Below are positions 1 through 6,621 of a stretch of DNA of 6,621 bases, piece after piece. The stretch's first letter is position 1; every line of letters begins with the position of its first letter. A program made the translations under genes and the position numbers. The stretch is from Octopus sinensis (taxonomy: Eukaryota). The stretch spans positions 1-6,621 of the forward strand of contig NW_021829200.1 in the NCBI RefSeq assembly GCF_006345805.1, read 5' to 3'. The notes beneath the pieces were generated by a model, which worked only from the letters and a program-made list of their open reading frames with translations, was not told the origin of the DNA and made no database searches.

Positions 1-235
1 TTTGTATAAATTTGATGATATTCTCTTGTCATTTTATTCATTCCTCCAGGGCATGATGTTAATAACCTGCAAACATATTTCTCCTCATACATTCTGAGAA
101 TTGAAAGCGAAGCAGATTCAGAATATTTTCTGAGAATATGCACTTCCAAGACTTCTTCAAAATTGCAGCCGTTCGAAACGAAATGTTCAGCAAGTTATGT
201 CGAACGACTGTTATTGTGCAGGAGCTCACACGGAT
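1..235 (-). pseudogene. Degenerate C-terminal part of a GIY-YIG endonuclease, probably from a Penelope-like retroelement; runs off the left edge
   Basis: Manual minus-strand translation gives ...CELLHNNSRST*LAEHFVSNGCNFEEVLEVHILRKYSESASLSILRMYEEKYVCRLLTSCPGGMNKMTREYHQIYT. The 'LAEHF' and 'R..EE.Y...L.T..P.GMN' motifs match the PLE endonuclease C-terminal pattern (A.HF ... RE..WI..L.T..P.GLN). One in-frame stop. Confidence 0.6.
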
Positions 236-239
236 TTAA

Positions 240-975
240 ATCTTAACTGATTGGAACTGTTATTATGTACATTGTTTTGTCTTGGCATAAAAGATGGCCT
301 ACAGCAAATATCCTGCTCAATACCTATTTCTTTACTACCCACAAGGGGCTAAACACAGAGAAGACAAACAAGGACAGACAAACGGATGAAGTCGATTATA
401 TCGACCCCAATGCGTAGCTGGTACTTATTTAATCGACCCCGGAAGGATGAAAGGCAAAGTGGACCTCGGCGGAATTTGAACTTAGAACGTAACGGCAGAC
501 GAAATACCGCTAAGCATTTCACCCGGCGTGCTAACGTTTCTGCCAGCTCTCAATACCACAGATTTACTTGTCAGTTGTTTGACCATAACCAGTTGAGCAT
601 GTCCCTTAGTGGCTGACAATATGTGCATCTCTGATCACGAGCAGAAGTAGTGGGGGATCACCATAGCCATGTGTTGAGAGGAATTATTTGGGGTTTGAAT
701 AATTCACCTCTGTAAACATGGATGTTTCAATCAACATCCTCAAACGACCCTTATTCAGTGACCTTTTGAACAGGGTGGGATACTCAACCTGAAGAAAATT
801 CTAACTAGGCTCCACCTGCAAGGTCATGCGCTGTTTATCTTGATATGAAATCACCATGTCACGTTCGTATGGTTGTGATGCATGTGCCTGGTGTACCCTT
901 AACAGACGGGTAGTTATGATGGTTATATTGGGCTTCGTATATTTGTACCCCAGTGTCACTTTGATAGCATGTGGT
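240..975. mobile_element. Interspersed repeat of unclear class, interrupted by a SINE at 325-548
   Basis: Complex sequence that rejoins across the SINE at the duplicated CTCAATACC. It resembles a high-copy octopus repeat from memory. Boundaries are approximate and no coding signature was recognised. Confidence 0.5.
325..548 (-). mobile_element. tRNA-derived SINE with a Meta/MESC-like central domain and a 9-bp target-site duplication
   Basis: Minus strand shows box A-like TGGCAGAAACGTTAG (545-531), box B-like AAGTTCAAATTCC (483-471) and the central GCCTTTCATCCTTCCGGGGTCGATTAAATAAGTACC (455-420). Flanked by direct repeats CTCAATACC at 316-324 and 549-557. Confidence 0.85.
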
Positions 976-1050
976 TCTTTCTATATTCCCTCCATACGCA
1001 TGTCTTTCGAGTACCTGTCAGTTTCTAATTGTGTAAACCTTTCTTTACTT

Positions 1051-1299
1051 GTCCTCTGTATCACATATGACATCCAGAACATATTTCCCGGGTGTCCATG
1101 CATCACATATGATACGCGTTTTCAATTTTGCCCGTCCTGTTTATCACATTTGATATCCAGAACATTTTTTCCTGACTTCCATGCGTCATATATCATACAC
1201 ATTCCCAATTTAGCCTATCCCGTTTATCACATATAATACAGGGAATATATTTCCCTGGCTTCCAAGCATCTCATGTAATACACATTCCCAACTTTGGAC
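1051..1299. repeat. Degenerate minisatellite, 3 x 83 bp, with ~42+41 bp sub-units
   Basis: ATCACAT recurs at 1060, 1143 and 1226 (period 83). Units share the pattern CAGAACAT.TTT.CC...TCCATGC.TCA...AT..TAC.C.TT..CAA.TT. ATCACATATGA also occurs at 1102, half a period along. Confidence 0.85.
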
Positions 1300-1522
1300 T
1301 TATGAAAAGAAACCGTTACATTTCTTATTCAGAACGTATGAAACAAGGGTTGGCTAAACCTTTCTAAACAAGCTCGGTCGTTTACAGCAAACATTAAAAA
1401 TGCTTTGGACAGGCAACTGGTCAAAAGAAATGCTGACGAAGTCTATGTGTCCTGTATTGAATGATCACTGGAGAGCCTGGGTGTCGTTCCTTCCTTCAGA
1501 ATGACATCCATCCCAACTCACC

Positions 1523-1537
1523 AAAAAAAAAAAAAAA
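1523..1537 (+). repeat. Poly(A) run (A15)
   Basis: Directly visible homopolymer. Confidence 0.9.
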
Positions 1538-1653
1538 TGAAATTAAGGGGCTGGAGTAGGTGGGAGGACATCGTCATTGTATGTAGAAGTGATAAAAGCT
1601 CTTTTCTTGTACGAGTGTATAAATAAACGACTACGTTTCAATATATGGATATC

Positions 1654-2025
1654 TGTGTATGCGTGTGCGTGTATGTATGTATGTATGTATGTATGTATGT
1701 ATGTATGTATGTATGTCAAAGACTCTTCTCTCTCTTACCTTATATATATATATATATTTATATGCATATACATATACATGGTATATATATATGTATATAC
1801 ATATATACATACATACATACATACACACACACATATATATATACACACACGTGTTTGTGTGTATCTCCGTGTTTCTGTTCATGGCTACAATATGCTTGCA
1901 CGTGTGTGTGTACGTGTTAGTGCGTGTGTGTGCGTGTGTTAGTGTGTGTGTGTGTGCGTGTGTGTTTGTGTGTCTGTGTGTGAGTGTGTGTGTGTGTGTA
2001 CGTGTTAGGGTGTGTGTGTGTGTGT
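1654..2025. repeat. Compound microsatellite (TATG)n/(TA)n/(CA)n/(TG)n
   Basis: Directly visible. It accounts for the YVCM/CVCV/THTH ORFs. Confidence 0.95.
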
Positions 2026-2196
2026 TGAATATCTTTCATCCTGGGTGCACATACATCTGATATTACCTCTTCTCCAGAAACGTGGAAGTTTCTGGATCTT
2101 GAAGATAAAATTCCTTTCTTCGCCCCACACTCGTCTCTTGACCCCAACTCACAACCGCCACTCCTACCCCGGCCCGTCTGTCTTTCACACGCATTC

Positions 2197-2215
2197 ATAC
2201 ACACACACACACACA

Positions 2216-2272
<57 letters not shown>

Positions 2273-2516
2273 CACACACACGCATATATATATGTATGTA
2301 TGTACAACGCACAGCTGTTTTGTCATACAATATCACTCTTTATCTTCATATATGTGTGTGTCTATACATATGCACATACATACGTGCACATATGTATGTT
2401 GTGTGTATACACACACACACACACATATATATATATTTATACATACATATATATATATATACATATATATTATATTATATATATATATATTTTATTTATA
2501 TATAATATATATATAT

Positions 2517-2555
<39 letters not shown>

Positions 2556-2625
2556 TATATATATATATTATATAATATATTATATATATATATATATATA
2601 CAGACATACATACATGCATACGTAT
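2197..2625. repeat. Compound microsatellite (CA)n/(TA)n
   Basis: Directly visible. Confidence 0.95.
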
Positions 2626-2876
2626 GTAGAAGGTTGAAAGGAACACATGAGTTGATATGTATAAGGAAAATAAACAAGGTAGAAAATGCTAAGATAATTT
2701 AATAAAAAAACATTTCGTACCGGTTTCAGTCATTGAGACTTTTTCAATCCAAGTATGGAAAACAATTAAATTTTGGAAAATAAATGAAAAGATTTTTTTA
2801 AATATTTTCATAGTATTCAAATACAAGGGGCATTTTCTTTGTTTCTGCCTGTCTCTCTTTTTTACTCTTGTGAGTA
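2626..2876 (-). mobile_element. Probable solo terminal (pLTR-like) fragment of a Penelope-like element embedded in microsatellite
   Basis: AT-rich island between simple repeats, containing a minus-strand hammerhead-like motif followed by a U-rich tract, as is typical of PLE termini. Boundaries are approximate. Confidence 0.5.
2712..2754 (-). ncRNA. Minimal type I hammerhead-ribozyme-like motif, U3-A8 core variant, degenerate stem I
   Basis: Minus strand: UUGAAAA (2747-2741), stem II AGUC-ucaau-GACU, GAAA, palindromic stem III ACCGGU, GUA triplet. Stem I pairs poorly. Confidence 0.55.
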
Positions 2877-3046
2877 AATATGTATATATATATAATATAT
2901 ATATATATTATATATATATGTGTGTGTGGTGTGTGTGTGTGTGTGTGTGCGTGCGTGTGTGTGTATGTACGTGTGTGAGTGCGTATACATATATGTATGT
3001 ATATATACATAATATATATTACATATATATATATATATATATAATA

Positions 3047-3088
<42 letters not shown>

Positions 3089-3101
3089 ATACATATATAT
3101 A
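2877..3101. repeat. Compound microsatellite (TA)n/(TG)n
   Basis: Directly visible. Confidence 0.95.
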
Positions 3102-3256
3102 GGGGTAAAATATGAAAAGTCAACGAAAATGCATATTGTTGATATAAAAAGGCTATTTATGACAGGTAGTGACAAATATATACATTTAGAGTATTATTAG
3201 TCAAAAAGGTCATTATTATAAGAAGTTAATAGTAATAATAATAAGGTAAGAGACTG

Positions 3257-3296
3257 AAACGAACCAATTGGTTTTCGCGTTAGCTATTCATCGTTT
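3257..3296 (-). ncRNA. Minimal type I hammerhead-ribozyme-like motif, A3-U8 core variant
   Basis: Minus strand: stem I AAACG / core AUGAAUA / stem II GC-uaac-GC / GAAA(A) / palindromic stem III ACCAAUUGGU / U / stem I' CGUUU. One extra A in the GAAA run relative to the canonical register. Confidence 0.65.
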
Positions 3297-3449
3297 GAAC
3301 AACACCGTAAACGGTGTCAGGTCTAATAGTTCCTGAGAAAAGAGATTATTTGTAAGGGATGTAAGTAGTTCAGGAATTAGAAATGTGAGTGATGTAGAAA
3401 GTGTATAGGGTTTAGTGGTTTAGATTTAAGTGGTGTTCTGTATTGAGTT

Positions 3450-4117
3450 GTGTGTTCACATTTAGTTGGGGGAGAAATTTGTTGATAAAAAAATGACTCT
3501 TTATTCAACCTTTGTTGCATTGTGGTGTTCTGTGAGCATTGGTAAAAGGGAAATATTTGGAAATTGGGATTAAGATTCCTGGCACATCTTTCTATGTGTT
3601 CACTCATCTTTAACTGTCTGTATTATGGGTAGCGGATTTGCTCTTTGTGAATGGTGATTCTTTGACGGAACGAAATTCCTGTTTGTCCAATATAGAGTTT
3701 ACCGCATCCTATGCATGTCATGACATAGATTACATTTGCTGAGGCGCAGGTGAAATTTGATTTGATCTTAAATATTTCTCCTTGCTTGAATTTGAATGCT
3801 GAACCCTCCAGAAGGTGGGGGTATGTTCCACAGTTGGAACGTTCACATTTTGTCACTTTTGGCTCAGTAGTTAGTGGTAAAGTCTAGCACTGGTTAGTAT
3901 CTTTTCGGTGACTTCGGTTGCTTTTTGCTTTTCATAATTTATATGAGCTTAAAATTCGTCATTGTTTTGTCTGCTGTGAGGTGGGAGGTTTGGGTGATGA
4001 TGTTGAAGCTTCTTGTTTTCTGGGTTATGTGTGGAGATGTACGGGAGTATTTTAAAAGTCTTGTTTAGTATTACGGCTAGTTTTCCTTAATTTTTGTATA
4101 TCGATTCCCTTAGCTCT
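3450..4117 (-). pseudogene. Disrupted PLE ORF C-terminus: linker, Cys-rich motif and GIY-YIG endonuclease
   Basis: RAKGIDIQKLRK...(frameshift)KILPYISTHNP...KSKKQPKS...ILTSARL...KCERSNCGTYPH...FTCASANVIYVMTCIGCGKLYIGQTGISFRQRITIHKEQIRYP*YRQLKMSEHIERC...RLNKESFF(frameshift at A7 run 3487-3493)INKFLPQLN. The in-frame TAA at 3625-3623 joins tracked ORFs 3623-3856 and 3377-3607. The CxxC plus two His (CCHH) arrangement is typical of PLE endonucleases. Confidence 0.9.
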
Positions 4118-4158
4118 TAGGGAATAGATATACAAAAATTAAGGAAAACTAGCCGTAA
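4071..4158. repeat. 40-bp inverted repeat with 8-nt spacer
   Basis: 4071-4110 is the reverse complement of 4119-4158 with one mismatch (4103/4126). Spacer TAGCTCTT. Confidence 0.95.
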
Positions 4159-4416
4159 GAGCGGCTTTGTGGTAAGAAGCTTGCTTACCAACCACATGGC
4201 CCTGGGTTCAGTGCCACTGCGTGACACCTTGGACAAGTGTCTTCTACTATAGCCTCAGACTAACCAAAGCGTTGTGAATGGATTTGGTAGACGGAAACTG
4301 AAAGAAGCTCGTTATATACTTATGCGTGTGTATGTGTATGTGTGTGTGCGCGCGCGTGCGTAGGTGTGTGTTTCGCGGGATGTCTTTATATCTGTGTTTA
4401 TTCCCCACCACCATTT
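4159..4416 (+). mobile_element. tRNA-derived CORE-like SINE, 5' part with internal (TG)n, 3'-truncated
   Basis: Box A-like CGGCTTTGTGGTAAG (4162-4176), box B-like GGGTTCAGTGCC (4204-4215), CORE-like CCTTGGACAAGTG (4227-4239). 4279-4308 is identical to the reverse complement of 6575-6604. Confidence 0.85.
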
Positions 4417-4446
4417 GTGTGTATGCATTCCTATCTACCTACAGAT

Positions 4447-4757
4447 GTACACACACACAAACCAAATTATATATATATATATTATATTATATATATATAC
4501 TATATATATATTATACAACATCATACATATATATACATACATACATACATTCGTACATAGATACACTCATACATACATACATACACAAACTACATACATA
4601 CGTACATAGATAGACATATACATACATTAACATACACGCATACATAAATACCATATATACATACAGACATACATACATAACATACATATATATATACATA
4701 TACAGCATACACACATATACGCACATACATACATACACACATACATACATACAAGCA

Positions 4758-4788
<31 letters not shown>

Positions 4789-4895
4789 CAAATATACATA
4801 CATACATACATACATACATACAAATATACATACATACATACAGACATACATACATATATACATACATACATACACACAGACACACATACATACAT
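4447..4895. repeat. (TA)n followed by long degenerate (CATA)n microsatellite
   Basis: Directly visible. Confidence 0.95.
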
Positions 4896-5145
4896 CTAAA
4901 CAGCCACAAACCGCAGCAGTATTAAAAATGTCCCCGAAGACATGTGAAATGCTGATCAGCAGAAAGTCAGCCTCAAGCAGTGGGGGAAGAAACAGCTCCC
5001 TAGAAATAAGAGACACTGTTTAGGTAAGGGGTAGACAAAGGGGTCAGATAGGGCTGACGCTGGCGGGGCCGTTCCACTGACGTCTGTGATTTATTCATTT
5101 CACAAGCTTTCGGTTCCTAAATTTCAAATTTGATGGTCGTATGAT

Positions 5146-5722
5146 ATGTTGGAGGCGTCGGCGGTGGCGATGGCGGTGGAGGTGGTGGAAGAGGTGGCGT
5201 CGGAGGTGGTGATGGGAGGTGGTGGGTGGTGGCGAGGGAGGAGGAGGAGATGGCAGTGGTGGTGGTGGTGGTGTCGGGTGACGGTGCCGATTGTTGTTGT
5301 GATGTGGTGTGTTGGTGTTTGTGATGATAACGATGATGATGGCAGTGGCTGCGCTGATGGTGTTTGACGGTTCGCGTAGAGGTGATGGCAATGATACGTT
5401 GGTGGTTGTGAGGGTGGCCATGTTGGTGGTGGTGGTGGTGCTTACGGTGGGGATTATGGCGGTGGCGTCGATGGTGATGGTAGTGTCTGCAGTGGTAGCT
5501 AAAGTGTTGCGTCGCGTTAATATAGGAGGGGGGGGGGCGATGGTTGTGGTGGCACCTTCGTAGAGTGACGCTGGTGGTATGATGACGGTGTTGACGTTGC
5601 TGCTGGCTTGATGTTGAGTGTTGTTGATGGTTGCAATGACGGTTGGGGTGATATGGTGATGACGATGGTAGTGGTTTGGTAGTGGTAGTAACGGTAATAT
5701 GGGATGGTGGTCGTGATGGTGG
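5146..5722. repeat. Degenerate (GGT/GAT/GTT)n trinucleotide low-complexity tract
   Basis: Directly visible triplet periodicity. It explains the poly-V/G/W and poly-P/H/T ORFs. Confidence 0.9.
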
Positions 5723-5823
5723 ATATGTGTTTGTGTTCGTACGCGCGTGTCTATGTACGTAAAGTCATCTTTCTATGACAAATCATGTCATTATATAATG
5801 GTGCGTACATTATGTAATATACG

Positions 5824-5864
<41 letters not shown>

Positions 5865-5888
5865 TGCATGCTGCATATAATATATATG
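5824..5888. repeat. (TA)n microsatellite
   Basis: Directly visible. Confidence 0.9.
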
Positions 5889-5994
5889 TACGTACGCATG
5901 ACAGTTAATGGTGTAATGTAGAGTAATCTATGAAACAGCTGTGACCCTACAGAAATACTCAGTCTTTAGACGACAATATATTAACTGCACCCTG

Positions 5995-6030
5995 TATACA
6001 CACACACACAAACACTGTATGCACACACAA

Positions 6031-6067
<37 letters not shown>
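5995..6067. repeat. (CA)n/(TA)n microsatellite
   Basis: Directly visible. Confidence 0.9.
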
Positions 6068-6070
<3 letters not shown>

Positions 6071-6305
6071 TAATCCCTCGCTATATCGCGGTTGACCTGC
6101 CGCGGTTTATTATTTAAGCTTACGTCGATTCCTCTGTGGTGTTGTTTTGCATCTATAATAAAGTAAATATATACGAATTATAAAAATAATTTTTTTAAAT
6201 ATATACAGTACAGCACTGTTTCTACTTCGCGGATTTTCACTTATCGCGGGGGTTGGGGGGTTGGAGGGTTGGAACGTAACACCTGCGGTAGTCGAAGGAT
6301 TCCTG
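6068..6305. mobile_element. Non-autonomous Tc1/mariner-superfamily (pogo/Tigger-like) MITE, 238 bp
   Basis: Left end CAGTAATCCCTCGCTATATCGCGG versus right end reverse-complemented CAGGAATCCTTCGACTACCGCAGG (imperfect TIRs). TA on both sides (6066-6067, 6306-6307). CGCGG-rich subterminal regions and AT-rich centre. Confidence 0.8.
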
Positions 6306-6320
6306 TACATTGCATTATTT

Positions 6321-6621
6321 GTTTCATTCATTTGACTGCGGCCATGCTGGAGTATTACCTTGAAGGATTTAAGTTGAACAAATCGACCCCAGGACTTATT
6401 AATTTTAAAGTCTAGTACGTATTCTATCGAACTCTTTTGCTGAACCGCTAAGTTACAGGAACGTAAATACATCAACACCGGTTGTCAAGCGGTGGTGGGG
6501 GAGACAAATACACACAGACAGACACAGACAAACACACACACGCGCGCAAACACACATATATATATATATATCGGGCTTCTTTCAGTTTCCGTCTACCAAA
6601 TCCACTAACAGTTCGAGGCTA
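6321..6621 (-). mobile_element. Second copy of the CORE-like SINE family (3' tail, internal microsatellite and part of the body); continues beyond the right edge
   Basis: 30/30 inverted identity with 4279-4308, the same internal (TG)/(TA) tract, and a post-microsatellite TGTATTTGTCTCCCCCACCACC similar to 4393-4413. The left boundary is approximate. Confidence 0.85.

Larger units (their letters stand above)
3102..4118 (-). mobile_element. 5'-truncated Penelope-like retroelement (likely Neptune-type): end of RT thumb/linker, GIY-YIG endonuclease and 3' region with a hammerhead-like motif
   Basis: Disrupted coding region (see next features), a hammerhead-like motif downstream on the same strand, a 3' end abutting (TA)n at 3101, and an inverted duplication at the 5' junction. 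Confidence 0.85.

Noticed and set aside
50-246. Plus-strand open frame after a pyrimidine-rich CAG acceptor-like site at 47-49
   Set aside because: The peptide is unrecognisable, and the opposite strand matches GIY-YIG C-terminal motifs better. Not fully excluded.
386-616. 76-aa ORF
   Set aside because: It lies antisense across a SINE and its insertion junction.
856-1236. 126-aa ORF
   Set aside because: It crosses a repeat boundary into an 83-bp minisatellite whose period is not a multiple of 3.
1051-1299. CRISPR-like array
   Set aside because: Whole units are similar with no unique spacers, the context is eukaryotic, and there are no cas genes.
1433-1445. CTGACGA hammerhead core-like heptamer
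   Set aside because: No stem II or GAAA follows.
2005-2010. TTAGGG telomeric unit
   Set aside because: A single copy inside (TG)n, and a variant of the local CGTGTTAG motif.
1577-3115. Numerous ORFs rich in Y/I/V/C/M/H/T
   Set aside because: These are translations of (TA)n, (TG)n and (TATG)n microsatellites, which lack stop codons. The same applies to ORFs at 4326-5016.
4162-4225. tRNA gene
   Set aside because: The A/B boxes belong to a SINE head, with no full cloverleaf and SINE body following.
4950-4972. CTGATCA-GCA-GAAA-GTC hammerhead-like string
   Set aside because: Positions 3 and 8 cannot pair (C-C) and there is no stem II or III.
5095-5563. Pro/His-rich and Val/Gly-rich ORFs
   Set aside because: They arise from the degenerate (GGT)n tract, with several frames open and no domain signal.
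6110-6478. 122-aa minus-strand ORF
   Set aside because: It spans a SINE tail and a MITE, so it is a chance frame.

Overview
AT-rich, microsatellite-dense eukaryotic non-coding DNA. The SINEs resemble repeat families I recall from octopus genomes, so the organism is inferred, not proven. There is no intact host gene, and almost all tracked ORFs are translations of simple repeats. The main content is a cluster of minus-strand Penelope-like retroelement (PLE) remnants. One is a 5'-truncated copy (~3102-4118) with a disrupted Cys-linker plus GIY-YIG endonuclease, a minimal hammerhead-ribozyme-like motif with an A3-U8 core swap in its 3' region, and a 40-bp fold-back hairpin at its truncation point. 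A second terminal fragment (~2626-2876) carries a U3-A8 hammerhead-like motif. A third, divergent GIY-YIG C-terminal fragment at 1-235 is missed by the ORF track. Also present: three tRNA-derived SINE copies (one nested with a 9-bp TSD, two forming an inverted pair), a TA-flanked Tigger/pogo-like MITE, and a 3 x 83-bp minisatellite.
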